Part shown: in pieces, positions 19,300 through 30,905 of the stretch | Position numbering within the stretch: the first letter of the stretch is position 1 | Layout of the letters: each line of letters opens with the position of its first letter | DNA from: a virus | IMG/VR virus record: IMGVR_UViG_3300024581_003238 | Span: 15,988-79,987 of that record | Reading direction: 5' to 3' (one strand) | DNA length: 64,000 nt | Program-made: the position numbers and the translations under genes | Notes under the pieces: generated by a model | Told to the model about the DNA's origin: nothing | The model's input: only the letters and a program-made list of their open reading frames with translations | The model's database searches: none

Positions 19300-20691
19300 A
19301 TGAATGAGATGAACTTCGGAAAGTTGGGTAACCAATTCCAACAAGCACTAATTAAATCAATAATAGAAGACCCAAAATATGGGGAACAAATATTAGAAGT
19401 TTTAGAAAGTAGGTACTTTGATAATAATTCATTTAAGTATATTATAACTCACATAAAAGAGTTACAAGAACATTACAAATCTGTTCCTAACTACGAGACA
19501 TTAAAACAAAAAATAATGTCTGAAACTTCGGGTAATGCTTTGGCGGCAAAATTACATGGGGAAACACTATCGGCAATTGAAGAACTGGATGAGATTGTTA
19601 TGGGTGAAACGTATGTTAAAGACACCGCACTTAATTTTTGTAAACAACAAAATTTAAGAAAAACAATGACTGACGCTTTAAAAATCATTGAAAAAGGTGA
19701 TTTTGAAAACTATGATAAAATATCCGAAATGGTAAATGAGTCATTACAAGTTGGTGCGAGTGACGATGATATCTTCGATGTGTTCGATGATATTGATAAT
19801 TCTTTAGATATTGATCCAAGAGTACCGATACCGACAGGAATTGATGGTATTGACAACTTACTTAAAGGTGGTATTGGAGTTGGTGAATTGGGAATGATTT
19901 TAGCACCGACAGGTATTGGTAAATCAACAATACTGTCAAAGTTTGCCAACACCGCGGCAAACACGGGACACAATGTACTTCAAATATTTTTTGAAGATTC
20001 TTTACAACAAATTAGACAAAAACATTTCACTTGTTGGTCCGGTTTAAGTACTGATGAACAAGTTGAATCACAAGAAAATAAAGATTTTACTATTCAGAGA
20101 GCAAAAGAAGTAGCATCTGGTGAAAACTTCGGAGGTCTTAGAATAATTAGAATGCAAAATAAAAATACCACTGTTAGTGATATCAAAAGAAAAATCTTAA
20201 AGTTACAATCTCAAGGGTACAAGACAGATTTACTTGTCATTGACTATGTAGATTGTATGATAGCTGATAGAACTAAGGGGTATGATGAAGAATGGAAAGG
20301 TGAAGGTTCTGTAATTAGACATTTAGATGCTATGTGTCACGATCTTAACATTGCGGTATGGACGGCATCACAAGGTAATAGAAGTTCAATTTCTGCAGAT
20401 ATTGTGAACGTAGATGATATGGGTGGTTCAATCCAAAAGGCACAAACGGCACATATTATTATTTCTGTGGCTAAGAGTTTAGAACAAAAAGAAAATAAGA
20501 CGGCTAATATAAGTTTAATTAAGTCGCGAGTTGGTAGAGACGGTGTGAACTTTAACAACTGTAAATTCGATAACGAATATATGGATATCGACGTAACGGA
20601 ACAAGAAACCCTTTTGGGACACTCAATGAGAAAACAAGAGGAGGGTATTAATCGTGCGGCTGAGATCTATAAGAAAACACACAACATATAA
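19300..20691 (+). CDS. DnaB-like replicative helicase (T4 gp41-like)
   Basis: Walker A APTGIGKS, LLVIDYVD, WTASQGNR and KSR.G motifs. Confidence 0.92.
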   Translation: MNEMNFGKLGNQFQQALIKSIIEDPKYGEQILEVLESRYFDNNSFKYIITHIKELQEHYKSVPNYETLKQKIMSETSGNALAAKLHGETLSAIEELDEIVMGETYVKDTALNFCKQQNLRKTMTDALKIIEKGDFENYDKISEMVNESLQVGASDDDIFDVFDDIDNSLDIDPRVPIPTGIDGIDNLLKGGIGVGELGMILAPTGIGKSTILSKFANTAANTGHNVLQIFFEDSLQQIRQKHFTCWSGLSTDEQVESQENKDFTIQRAKEVASGENFGGLRIIRMQNKNTTVSDIKRKILKLQSQGYKTDLLVIDYVDCMIADRTKGYDEEWKGEGSVIRHLDAMCHDLNIAVWTASQGNRSSISADIVNVDDMGGSIQKAQTAHIIISVAKSLEQKENKTANISLIKSRVGRDGVNFNNCKFDNEYMDIDVTEQETLLGHSMRKQEEGINRAAEIYKKTHNI

Positions 20692-20717
20692 TTTAATAAA
20701 CTAATAAATTTTTAAAA

Positions 20718-21692
20718 ATGAGCGAAAAGATTTTACAAGAAAATCCAGGACGTTTTGTCCTCTTTCCTATCGAACATCACGATATTTGGAAATATTATAA
20801 ACAACAAGAAGCGTCTTTTTGGACTGCGGAAGAGATAGATTTGGCACAAGATGTGTCGGATTGGGCCAATAAACTTAACGATGATGAAAAACATTTCGTT
20901 AAACATGTATTGGCATTTTTTGCTGCGTCTGACGGTATTGTTAATGAAAATTTGGCAGAAAACTTTGTGAATGAAGTTCAGTATACTGAGGCGAAATTCT
21001 TTTATGGTTTTCAAATTGCGATGGAAAATATCCATAGTGAAACCTATTCTCTTTTAATTGATACCTACATTAAAGATAAAGAAGAACAGAATAAATTATT
21101 TAATGCGATCGAAACAATACCCGCGATTAAGAAAAAGGCGGATTGGGCACTTAAATGGATTGAATCTGATTCATTCGCAGAGAGACTTATTGCGTTCGCC
21201 GCAGTAGAAGGTATCTTCTTTTCAGGATCATTTTGTTCAATCTTTTGGCTTAAAAAACGTGGTTTAATGCCGGGGTTAACTTTCTCTAATGAACTTATCT
21301 CAAGAGATGAGGGATTACACTGTGATTTTGCATGTCATTTATATAATGAACATATCTCTAAAAAATTGACTAAAACACGAATCAAAGAAATTATTCTTTC
21401 GGCGTTAGAGATTGAAAAGGAATTTATTTTGGAGGCACTACCAGTTAGATTAATTGGTATGAACTCTGAACTTATGTCACAATACTTAGAATTTGTTACA
21501 GATAGACTACTCGACTCTTTAGGTGTTGCGAAACACTTTAAATCGGAGAATCCATTTGATTTTATGCAAAACATTGCCTTACAAGGTAAAACTAACTTCT
21601 TTGAAAAAAGAGTTGCAGAATACCAAAAGGCGGGAGTAAATAACGACACCGAAGAAGATTTAAATTCTGCGTTCGGAGATATGGATTTTTAA
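20718..21692 (+). CDS. nrdB: Ribonucleotide reductase class Ia beta subunit
   Basis: [48 protein letters not shown] and KTNFFEKRV motifs. Confidence 0.97.
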   Translation: MSEKILQENPGRFVLFPIEHHDIWKYYKQQEASFWTAEEIDLAQDVSDWANKLNDDEKHFVKHVLAFFAASDGIVNENLAENFVNEVQYTEAKFFYGFQIAMENIHSETYSLLIDTYIKDKEEQNKLFNAIETIPAIKKKADWALKWIESDSFAERLIAFAAVEGIFFSGSFCSIFWLKKRGLMPGLTFSNELISRDEGLHCDFACHLYNEHISKKLTKTRIKEIILSALEIEKEFILEALPVRLIGMNSELMSQYLEFVTDRLLDSLGVAKHFKSENPFDFMQNIALQGKTNFFEKRVAEYQKAGVNNDTEEDLNSAFGDMDF

Positions 21693-21704
21693 ATACGAGT
21701 ACTG

Positions 21705-24155
21705 ATGAAAGTAAAAAAAAGAAATGGTTCCTTAGAGGAGATGAGATACGATAAGATCACAAGAAGGATTTCCGCATTGTGTTCTGATTTAAATTTAGAG
21801 TACGTCGATCCAACGTATATTACATTGAAAGTAACTCAAGGTATATATGATGAGATTACTACGACTGAGTTAGATACATTAGCGGCAGAAACTGCAGCAT
21901 CAATGACAACAACTCACCCTGACTATTCAAAGTTGGCGGGTAGATTGGCGGTTACTAACTTACATAAAACAACACCTAAGAAGTTTTCACAAGCAATTAA
22001 GGAGTTGTACTCATTTATTGAACCAAGAACAGGGAAGGAATCTTCATTAATTTCTGATGAATTGTACGATTTTGTTATGAAAAACAAATCCGTAATTGAT
22101 GGTGCGATTGTTAAGGAAAGAGATTTTGATTTTGAATATTTTGGGTTTAAAACTTTAGAGAGATCATATCTTTTAAAAATCAGTGATAGAATTGTAGAAA
22201 GACCTCAATACATGTATATGAGGGTTGCTATGGGTATTTGTAAAGGTGATATTGAAATGGGTCTAAGGATATATGATGACCTATCACAACACTATTATAC
22301 TCACGCTACACCAACATTATTTAATGCGGGTACAAGAAGACCCCAAATGTCCTCTTGTTTCCTTATTGGGAATAAGGGTGATGATATCAATGGTTTATTT
22401 GATACTATTCAGGATGTTGCAAATATTTCTAAGTGGGCTGGAGGTATTGGTTTACACGTTCATGATGTTAGAGCTAAAGGGTCATACATTAAAGGAACGG
22501 GAGGTGAATCTGATGGTTTATTACCAATGATGAAAACATATAATGAAGTTGCTCGTTGGATTAACCAAGGTGGAAAGAGAAAAGGTTCCTTTGCGGTGTA
22601 TTTGGAACCATGGCATGCTGATGTTTTTGAGTTTATTGAATTAAGAAAAAACCATGGTAAGGAAGAAATGAGAGCAAGAGACTTGTTCTTAGCTATGTGG
22701 ACCCCTGACCTCTTTATGGAAAGAGTTAAAGAAGATGGTGATTGGACATTATTTTCTCCTGACGAAGCACCAGGTTTATCTGATGTCTATGACTCACCTG
22801 AATCAAAAAACTTTACCGAACTCTATACAAAATATGAGGAAGAAGGAAAAGGTAGAAGAGTGGTCAAGGCGAGAAAACTAATGGACGCTATTCTAACGGC
22901 ACAAATTGAGACGGGTACTCCTTACATGTTATATAAAGACGCGGCAAACTCTAAATCTAATCAAAAGAATTTAGGTACAATTAAATCGTCGAACTTATGT
23001 ACTGAAATTATTGAATACAGTTCACCAACGGAACAGGCGGTATGTAATTTAGCGTCCATAGCATTACCAAAATACATTGTAGATGGAGAATTTAATCATA
23101 AATTACTATATGATTATGTTTATCAAGTAGTTAGAAATTTAAATAATGTAATTGATTTAAACTTTTATCCAACGAAAGAAACTAAAAAATCTAATTTTAG
23201 ACACAGACCAATTGGATTGGGAGTACAAGGGTTAGCAGATGTGTTTTGTCAACTTAAAATACCTTTCGAATCTCTGTTAGCGGATGATTTACAAACAGAA
23301 ATTTTCGAAACAATTTATTTTGCGGCAATGACTTCATCTAAAGATCTATCTTCTGAAGTTGGACCTTATGAAACAATCTCAGGATCACCGATTGAAAAGG
23401 GAACCTTTCAGTACCAAATGTGGGGACTAAAAGATAAAGACCTATCAGGTAGATGGGATTGGAAAGGACTTAGAAAGGAAGTTGTAAAATACGGTGTTAG
23501 AAATTCACTATTATTTGCACCAATGCCAACGGCATCTACGGCTCAAATATTAGGTAATAACGAGGCATTTGAACCATTTACTTCTAATTTATATTCAAGA
23601 AGAACTTTAGGTGGGGAATTTATTGTTATCAATAAACACCTTGTTAAAAGTTTAATGGAAAATAATCTTTGGAACGACGAAATAAAGAATAAACTCATTA
23701 TGGAGAATGGGTCAGTTCAAAATATACCTGAGATCCCTGTGGAGATCAAAGAAGTTTATAAGACGGTTTGGGAAATGTCACAGAAAAAATTACTTAATAT
23801 GGCGGCAAGGAGATCTGTATTTATTGACCAATCACAATCATTGAATTTATTCATTAGTAATGCAACTAAGGCAAAATTATTGGCGGCACATTTACACGGT
23901 TGGTCTTTAGGGTTAAAAACAGGTATGTACTATCTAAGAACTCGTTCGGCGGTTGATCCATTAAAAGGGTTGGGTGTAAGTACTAGTAGAACACAACCCA
24001 AATCTGAGGAAGTTGTTGAAAACACAGAAACAGAAGAAAAACCAAACGTAACATCTAATTCGTTAATAAGTGATAATAAAGAATTAGAAATGGTTTCACA
24101 ACCAACAATTAGACCTGATGACTCACCTTTTGAGTGTGAGGGTTGTGGTTCGTGA
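21705..24155 (+). CDS. nrdA: Ribonucleotide reductase class Ia alpha subunit with ATP cone
   Basis: N-terminal ATP cone (VKKRNGS), ATPTLFNAG, SSCF, SNLCTEI, PMPTASTAQI, KTGMYYLR and a C-terminal CEGC. Confidence 0.97.
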   Translation: MKVKKRNGSLEEMRYDKITRRISALCSDLNLEYVDPTYITLKVTQGIYDEITTTELDTLAAETAASMTTTHPDYSKLAGRLAVTNLHKTTPKKFSQAIKELYSFIEPRTGKESSLISDELYDFVMKNKSVIDGAIVKERDFDFEYFGFKTLERSYLLKISDRIVERPQYMYMRVAMGICKGDIEMGLRIYDDLSQHYYTHATPTLFNAGTRRPQMSSCFLIGNKGDDINGLFDTIQDVANISKWAGGIGLHVHDVRAKGSYIKGTGGESDGLLPMMKTYNEVARWINQGGKRKGSFAVYLEPWHADVFEFIELRKNHGKEEMRARDLFLAMWTPDLFMERVKEDGDWTLFSPDEAPGLSDVYDSPESKNFTELYTKYEEEGKGRRVVKARKLMDAILTAQIETGTPYMLYKDAANSKSNQKNLGTIKSSNLCTEIIEYSSPTEQAVCNLASIALPKYIVDGEFNHKLLYDYVYQVVRNLNNVIDLNFYPTKETKKSNFRHRPIGLGVQGLADVFCQLKIPFESLLADDLQTEIFETIYFAAMTSSKDLSSEVGPYETISGSPIEKGTFQYQMWGLKDKDLSGRWDWKGLRKEVVKYGVRNSLLFAPMPTASTAQILGNNEAFEPFTSNLYSRRTLGGEFIVINKHLVKSLMENNLWNDEIKNKLIMENGSVQNIPEIPVEIKEVYKTVWEMSQKKLLNMAARRSVFIDQSQSLNLFISNATKAKLLAAHLHGWSLGLKTGMYYLRTRSAVDPLKGLGVSTSRTQPKSEEVVENTETEEKPNVTSNSLISDNKELEMVSQPTIRPDDSPFECEGCGS

Positions 24156-24178
24156 CCGTTTTTTTTATTAGTTTTTAT

Positions 24179-24204
24179 AAACCCACCTTTTGGTGGGTTT
24201 TTTA
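24179..24204 (+). terminator. Intrinsic terminator after nrdA
   Basis: AAACCCACC-TTTT-GGTGGGTTT followed by a T-tract. Confidence 0.85.
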
Positions 24205-24240
24205 TTTACACTCATTTTAGTATTGAATATATTTATTAGT

Positions 24241-24693
24241 ATGGCAGTAACGTATGGAATTGACTTTCCTTTTAGAGAAAGTTTGACAGGTGATTATTTA
24301 AAGATGACACTAACCCCCGAAAAAGAGGTTAGAGCAAACCTTATTCACCTTATTCTAACTAAAAAAGGAAGTAGATATTATTTACCTGATTTTGGTACAA
24401 GAATATATGAGTACATATTTGATCAAAATGACATGATTACATTTAACTTAATTGAAGAGGAAATACGTGAAGGTTGTAAAAAATACTTACCTAATTTAGA
24501 TATAAACTCTATCAGAGTAATTTCTGCAGAAGACGATACGGATCCCGTAACTACTGTTGATGAAGAAGACGATGAAAGATTATTTAGGTTAGCTGATGAG
24601 TCTACCAAACCATACACCGCAAAGGTTAAAATAGATTATACTGTTAATAATGGTGCGTTTTCGTCATCAGATTTTATTATAATAAACATATAA
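24241..24693 (+). CDS. Baseplate wedge protein (gp25-like)
   Basis: GIDFPF, NLIHLILT.KGSR...PDFGT.IYEYIFD motif; ATG 24241 lies 3 nt after TATTTATT. Confidence 0.88.
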   Translation: MAVTYGIDFPFRESLTGDYLKMTLTPEKEVRANLIHLILTKKGSRYYLPDFGTRIYEYIFDQNDMITFNLIEEEIREGCKKYLPNLDINSIRVISAEDDTDPVTTVDEEDDERLFRLADESTKPYTAKVKIDYTVNNGAFSSSDFIIINI

Positions 24694-24694
24694 G

Positions 24695-26527
24695 ATGGCT
24701 AAGAAAATATCATACGCTAAAAGAGACTTCGCAGGGTTAAGAGAAGAGTTAGTTAATTTAACTAAAGATTATTATCCTGATTTAATTAAAAACACCAATG
24801 ACGCATCAATCTATTCAGTGATGTTAGATTTAAATGCTGCAATTGGTGATAACTTACATTATCATATTGATAGAGTTTGGCAAGAAACAATGTTGGATTT
24901 TGCACAACAAAGAAGATCACTCTTTCATATTGCAAAAACATATGGTATTAACGTACCGGGTAATAGACCGTCAGTTGCTTTGGCGGATTTTTCGGTTAAC
25001 GTTCCTGTAAGAGGAGATAAAGAAGATGAGAGGTACTTAGGAGTTTTAAAGGCAGGGGCTCAGATATCGGGTGGAGGACAGACATTTGAAACAATAGAAG
25101 ATATTGACTTCTCAACTCCATTTAATAGTAAAGGAGAACCAAATAGACTAAAGATACCCAATTTCGACTCTAATAATAAATTGATATCTTATACTATTAC
25201 CAAGAGAGATGCAATAGTTAACGGAGTTTCAAGGGTATTTAGAAGAGTAATCGGGGCTCAAGATCAGAAACCATTTCTTAAATTGTATTTACCCGAACAA
25301 AACGTTTTAGGGGTAACTTCAATAATACATAAAGAAGGAACTAATTTTACCTCTAACCCATCAACATCAGAATTCCAATCTGAAGAAAATAGATGGTATG
25401 AAGTTAAAAGTCTAATGGAGGACAAAGTTTTCTTACCAAATAAAACATCGTCTTCAGATACAAGTAATTTTACTGCGGGAGACTATAGAAGGGTATCTAA
25501 TAAGTTTATTACAGAATACACACCTGAGGGTTATATGTCTGTAACTTTTGGATCGGGTAATGTAGATCCGTTAGATAATTTGGATTCTTTTAATGACGGT
25601 ACTTTAAAGGTAAACTTAGGTACATACTTAAATAATCTTTCCTTAGGTGCAACCCCAAAGAAGAATTCTACTGTTTTTGTAAAATATAGAATTGGGGGTG
25701 GTAAAAATTCAAACTTGGGTGTTAATGTGATAAACAGTGTTGATAATATTGAGTTTAATGTTACAGGACCACTAACCAATATTAATAATCAAGTTGTACG
25801 TTCTTTAAATGTAACGAATGTAACACCTGCGGTAGGTGGTGCAGACCAACCAACTATAGAAGAAATTAGAAATATGGTGGGGTACAATTTTGCAGCACAA
25901 GACAGAGCGGTAACATTAAATGATTATAAAGTTTTAATTGAAACAATGCCATCTACGTATGGAGCACCCGCTAAAGTAAATGTAATGGAAGAGGATAATA
26001 AGATTAAAATAAAACTTCTTTCATACGACGATGAAGGTAACCTTAGTGATACCACATCAACAACATTAAAAAATAACATACTAAGGTATCTTACGAATTA
26101 TAGAATGATCAATGATTATATCGACATACAAAGTGGTGAGGTTGTTGATTTAGGTTTAGAGATAGATCTTTTACTTGATAAAAATATAAATCAAACAGAT
26201 ATACTTAAAGAAGTTGTTACACAATCTTCTTCTTTCTTTAGTATTGACAAACGAAAAATGGGTGACCCACTATTTGTTGGGGAACTACAAAAAGAAATAT
26301 CAAATATTTCGGGTATTGTTAATGTTGTAGACTTAAGAGTGTTTGGTAAAACGGGTGGAGAATACTCAGTGGCAGAAGTAAGTCAAGGTTATTCGGACGA
26401 GGAAACAAAACAAATTTTACAATCAGACTCTACTATCTTCATGAAAAGTAATCAAATCTTCCAAATTAGATTCCCTAATAAAGACATAAAAATTAGGGTT
26501 AAATCTTTAGGTTCCACTACATTTTAA
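24695..26527 (+). CDS. Baseplate wedge protein (T4 gp6 / baseplate J-like)
   Basis: RDF..LREEL, VTFGSG, V.YRIGGG..SN, A.GGAD..TIEEIR and QDRAVT..DY motifs. Confidence 0.88.
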   Translation: MAKKISYAKRDFAGLREELVNLTKDYYPDLIKNTNDASIYSVMLDLNAAIGDNLHYHIDRVWQETMLDFAQQRRSLFHIAKTYGINVPGNRPSVALADFSVNVPVRGDKEDERYLGVLKAGAQISGGGQTFETIEDIDFSTPFNSKGEPNRLKIPNFDSNNKLISYTITKRDAIVNGVSRVFRRVIGAQDQKPFLKLYLPEQNVLGVTSIIHKEGTNFTSNPSTSEFQSEENRWYEVKSLMEDKVFLPNKTSSSDTSNFTAGDYRRVSNKFITEYTPEGYMSVTFGSGNVDPLDNLDSFNDGTLKVNLGTYLNNLSLGATPKKNSTVFVKYRIGGGKNSNLGVNVINSVDNIEFNVTGPLTNINNQVVRSLNVTNVTPAVGGADQPTIEEIRNMVGYNFAAQDRAVTLNDYKVLIETMPSTYGAPAKVNVMEEDNKIKIKLLSYDDEGNLSDTTSTTLKNNILRYLTNYRMINDYIDIQSGEVVDLGLEIDLLLDKNINQTDILKEVVTQSSSFFSIDKRKMGDPLFVGELQKEISNISGIVNVVDLRVFGKTGGEYSVAEVSQGYSDEETKQILQSDSTIFMKSNQIFQIRFPNKDIKIRVKSLGSTTF

Positions 26528-26587
26528 TAATCTTTTTCTGTATTATTATTAATTAAGGGAAATTAGGTTCCAATCTATTTATATGAT

Positions 26588-29500
26588 ATGATGCAGAAAC
26601 ACCGGATACGTACCGAAATTGGAAAGAATCAGAAATTAACTGTTGAGTTAAAACAAGATTACGATCTTTTAGAAATTCTTTCACTTAAATTCACACAAAA
26701 AGATTTATACACATCTATTTGTGCGGATTATGGTGTTATATGTGGTCGTATCTCTATTAATGATGGTGTTGGGGTAGCTAACGCAAGAGTTTCGGTTTTC
26801 GTCCCACTTTCGGACGAGGATAGTGAGGACCCAATAATTAGTAAACTTTATCCTTTCACCACTACAACGGACACAACAGAAGAAGGTTATAGGTATAACC
26901 TACTCCCAAGTAGAAAACAACATACGGGACATACACCTACAGGTACTTTTCCTGACCAAGAAGATATATTGTCAAGAGAAGAAGTTTTGGAGGTTTATGA
27001 GAAATATTATAAGTACACCGTAAAGACAAATGATTCGGGAGATTTTATGATATGGGGGGTACCTGTTGGAAGACAAACTCTTCATGTTGATGTTGATTTA
27101 TCCGATATGGGTTGTAATTCTTTAACACCTTATGATTTAGTTTATGATGGTGAATCTAAAGAAAAATTTGAAAACATGTATACCTACATGTCTTCAGATA
27201 ACTTGGATGGTCTACCACAAATTGTAAAATTTGAACAAACAATAGAGGTTTATCCGTTTTGGGGTAATGAAGATCTATGTGAGATAGGAATTACGAGAAC
27301 GGATTTTGATCTTAAAGATCAGGGTATACGCATCGAACCTTACGCCATTATGATGGGAGGTACTTTCACCGATTCGGGGAAAGACGCCCTCAGGGTTAAC
27401 TGTAATGTAGATAACCAAATGGGTGAGAAATGTAGACTAACCACATTTATGGGTGACGTTGAAGCGATACGGTTTTCGGGATTATATGAGAAAAATGCGG
27501 ACGGTACCATAAATAGAAGTAGACCTATATTAGAGGCGTTCCCTATAGATTCACAAATAAATGAGGACGGAGTTTATTTCTTCAGAGTTCCAATGAATTT
27601 AAAACGACTTATCACTAATGAGTTTGGAGAAATGGAAGAAACCATAGATCCGACCAAAGGTATCCCAACACAAGGAAATTATAGGTTTAGGTTTAGTTTA
27701 AATGAGGATACGGGTGAGAGAAATAGATTCACAGGAAAGTATTTGGTACCTAATATTAGAGAATATCATATTAACGACACAAATAATTTAGGTGGACACA
27801 CAACCATAAATGATAAATCATACGCGTTTAGTACAAATTTAGATGACTACCCTGCGGAAGCAATTGATGAAATAGCGGGTACGAGTACTGAGGCAATTAA
27901 TGCCAATCAAAAACACGTACCACAAGATTACTTTTATCAGTTTAGACATGGTAGAGTTTTTGCCGCTTCGAGTTTTATAAATCAATATTATAAGAAGAGT
28001 GGGATTGAAAAACTCTTTAGTTTTTTAGTTAGGGATAGAAACGAATCTTTTATTGGTATTAAAGAAATATGGCCAGCAGAGAAAGATGATTGTTCTCAGA
28101 CTAATAATTATTTCCCTATAAACGACGCGGTTAGAAATCATAGATTCAACTTCTTTGTTCTGACAATCATTAGTTTCATTGAATATATTGGTTTAAGAAT
28201 ACAACTTTTTTTCAAAGAAATCACCACTCAAATACTTTTTGCAATTGCGGAAATTTTGGCGGGTACTGGTGTAACCAAGAAGGCGGCGGCTAAAATGTTT
28301 AGACGAGCAAAAGAGTTTCAGTTTAGAAATATATTTAAATTACGATTAATTACGTACCCCGACTGTTACGACTGTGAAGAAGATAATGAAGAGGGTGAAA
28401 CAAGTATAGTAGGTGTAGAACAATATAATGTTAATGAGGACTTTGTTGACGCGGTTCTTGCGGGTACAGACCTTAGTAACGTAGATCCTAATATATCCAC
28501 AGGTACTACAGCGTCTTCGTTAGGTGGGTTTACCTTTTTAGAACAGTATGCGGTCGCATTAGATAATTGTTCAGACTATACAGTTTCAAATAGTACTGGT
28601 GCGTCTGTGACGGTCTCATATAATAACTGTGAGGGGGTATCTCAAACATTTACTATTGCTGATGGTGCATCAGATACTGTAAGAGGTGCCGAAAATCAAA
28701 ACAGTACTTTCACAAACGCAGGATTATCCTCCACTGAAACGACCTTAGGTGCTGGTACTTTTAATGCTGATGATAATTTATATTTTCCCGCAGCATTTAA
28801 TATTGTAAACGCACCTTCAAATCCTCAAGAAGGTGATTTCCTTTTCAATACTTATATTTTCCGTGTAGACGCGTACGGTGCCGGTATTGTCGATTCAAAT
28901 GGAAACCCAATAGTAGATACCTATTTAACGGTAGGACTTGGGCAACAATTCCCTATAGTATATTATAGCGGTCAGTGGGTTGTTCAGGGATTATATGGGG
29001 TTATCAACGACTCTATTAGTGAGGCGTTTAACACACCTGCAGATGAACCGGTTAATGATACTGCACATAGAACACAAGGAGAAGTATTAATAGATAATGT
29101 ATGGTATATTGAAACCGTAGATGTTGATGATGTTGATTTTGTAGAGTCAGAAAGTGGTTGTTCCAAATATGACACTATAATCGAGGACGAATCTGGTAGA
29201 ACGGGAGATATGAAACTAAGACCTCTATTATCACCACTTACAGGTTCGAGTGGTAACATTCATACAACATATGCCGAAGCAAGGGATGATTTATTAACAA
29301 ATAGAGCGGGTGGTGGTCTTTTTGGTAGTGCACAATGGGGTTCAATTCCATTATGGTATCAATACAGTCTTACGACTAGTTCAGAGTATTTTGATGAAAT
29401 AACAGGAGTTAATGAGGTTGAGTGTGAACCGAGAAACCCATACAACGTACTTGCGGTAATGTCTCACCATAATAAGAGATTTACATACCGAGATCCAAAT

Positions 29501-30904
29501 AGTTTTGAAAACAATGTTGTTCATTGTGTTATTAATGGACAATACTATGGTAAGGTTAAAAAGAAAGGACCTTATTGGGTAGATTCAAGTTTAGTTAAAG
29601 ACGGTACTGTTTCGGGATATTCAGAATTTAGAGATGGTGTTTTTACGATAGTTCCTCTCGCGGGTAGAACTGGAGAATTATTAAATTCATATAGAAGAAG
29701 AAAGTTATTTGGTAAACTTATGTGTGGGGGTGTTGTATCATACACATTCGCAAACTCTTGGTTAAATGGGGCAATGTACTTTTTCCAATTTATGAAAAGA
29801 AGTAGTACTAGATTTTGTAAGGACTGTGTAAAACGAATTAAGGATGACACGGGTGTACACTATTACTACAGGTCCACACCTTTTGATCCTAATTATAATC
29901 ATTCTGAAACTCAATATAATTACGATGATAATGGTAATAGCACAGGAGTTAACTCAACTCTAACAACAGAATACCAAGAAAGGTCCACAGGTTTTTATGG
30001 AAGTAGAAAAGGTGTTCTTTTTCCAAATACTGATGGTTTAGTTATAAGTCAAGTAGAAATTAATTTTCCAACCACAGTGGTTGATTTAGGTCCAAGAAAT
30101 ACATGGTTAAAAGAAGTATGTGTAGACCCTGAGTTAGACCCTAACTGTTCGGTTTCAAGGAGTATCGGTTCAACATCTTACAAAGGACTTGATGATTTGA
30201 TGGAATATATTATACAATCAAAAGAAATAAAAGAAAAAGGTAGGTTAGATGTTCAGGACTTATTTGATTCACGAAGTGCGGGTAAAATAGATGGAGACAT
30301 TGCTCAACTTATGAACTTTAATACTCAAACGGGAATATATCCATTTGAATTTGAGGAATTGGATTCACCATACACCGCAGAATACTCAACATTATTTGAC
30401 AGTAAAGGACCTGTAGGATTAAATTTAGTGTTCTCTGAAGATGACCCCGATACCGTTGAATTAGAACAAGCAGGAGAGTTAGTAAGGGAATGTCTTAATG
30501 AACCTACGAGATTGGGGGATAATTCACAAAGAATACCATATTTCATGTGGGATACAAGGGGACACGGATTTGGTGAAAATTTGGGTAATGGAGAAAATCA
30601 AAATTACGAAGACGATTTAATTTATAACCAAAGATTACAACAAATGAGAGCTAACTTGAATACTGACCTTAATACAGATCCTGCAGATGATAATTACTAT
30701 AACCCTTACTTATTACCACCTATTAGAGATTGTCTCGAAAGAAATGGGGTTAAAAAGAAATCACATGACAATTATAAAGAATATACCGTTGATGGACAGA
30801 GAAGACACTTGATGGAGATAGGGTCACCCTTCCACTACCATTTAGGTCTTAGAAAAGGAAAAACGGCATATGATAAGTTTATTGAAAATTTTGGACCAAG
30901 ATAA
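26588..30904 (+). CDS. Large baseplate-associated structural protein
   Basis: 1438 aa after the gp6-like gene. N-terminal beta-sandwich (G..NARVSVF; TNDSGDFMIWGVPVG.QTLHVD), one hydrophobic segment, Cys-rich parts. Confidence 0.55.
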   Translation: MMQKHRIRTEIGKNQKLTVELKQDYDLLEILSLKFTQKDLYTSICADYGVICGRISINDGVGVANARVSVFVPLSDEDSEDPIISKLYPFTTTTDTTEEGYRYNLLPSRKQHTGHTPTGTFPDQEDILSREEVLEVYEKYYKYTVKTNDSGDFMIWGVPVGRQTLHVDVDLSDMGCNSLTPYDLVYDGESKEKFENMYTYMSSDNLDGLPQIVKFEQTIEVYPFWGNEDLCEIGITRTDFDLKDQGIRIEPYAIMMGGTFTDSGKDALRVNCNVDNQMGEKCRLTTFMGDVEAIRFSGLYEKNADGTINRSRPILEAFPIDSQINEDGVYFFRVPMNLKRLITNEFGEMEETIDPTKGIPTQGNYRFRFSLNEDTGERNRFTGKYLVPNIREYHINDTNNLGGHTTINDKSYAFSTNLDDYPAEAIDEIAGTSTEAINANQKHVPQDYFYQFRHGRVFAASSFINQYYKKSGIEKLFSFLVRDRNESFIGIKEIWPAEKDDCSQTNNYFPINDAVRNHRFNFFVLTIISFIEYIGLRIQLFFKEITTQILFAIAEILAGTGVTKKAAAKMFRRAKEFQFRNIFKLRLITYPDCYDCEEDNEEGETSIVGVEQYNVNEDFVDAVLAGTDLSNVDPNISTGTTASSLGGFTFLEQYAVALDNCSDYTVSNSTGASVTVSYNNCEGVSQTFTIADGASDTVRGAENQNSTFTNAGLSSTETTLGAGTFNADDNLYFPAAFNIVNAPSNPQEGDFLFNTYIFRVDAYGAGIVDSNGNPIVDTYLTVGLGQQFPIVYYSGQWVVQGLYGVINDSISEAFNTPADEPVNDTAHRTQGEVLIDNVWYIETVDVDDVDFVESESGCSKYDTIIEDESGRTGDMKLRPLLSPLTGSSGNIHTTYAEARDDLLTNRAGGGLFGSAQWGSIPLWYQYSLTTSSEYFDEITGVNEVECEPRNPYNVLAVMSHHNKRFTYRDPNSFENNVVHCVINGQYYGKVKKKGPYWVDSSLVKDGTVSGYSEFRDGVFTIVPLAGRTGELLNSYRRRKLFGKLMCGGVVSYTFANSWLNGAMYFFQFMKRSSTRFCKDCVKRIKDDTGVHYYYRSTPFDPNYNHSETQYNYDDNGNSTGVNSTLTTEYQERSTGFYGSRKGVLFPNTDGLVISQVEINFPTTVVDLGPRNTWLKEVCVDPELDPNCSVSRSIGSTSYKGLDDLMEYIIQSKEIKEKGRLDVQDLFDSRSAGKIDGDIAQLMNFNTQTGIYPFEFEELDSPYTAEYSTLFDSKGPVGLNLVFSEDDPDTVELEQAGELVRECLNEPTRLGDNSQRIPYFMWDTRGHGFGENLGNGENQNYEDDLIYNQRLQQMRANLNTDLNTDPADDNYYNPYLLPPIRDCLERNGVKKKSHDNYKEYTVDGQRRHLMEIGSPFHYHLGLRKGKTAYDKFIENFGPR

Positions 30905-30905
30905 T

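Noticed and set aside
20718-24155. Introns or inteins in nrdA/nrdB, or other nested minus-strand genes
   Set aside because: Both ORFs are continuous and of normal length with no intein motifs. The short overlapping minus-strand ORFs have no recognisable motifs.
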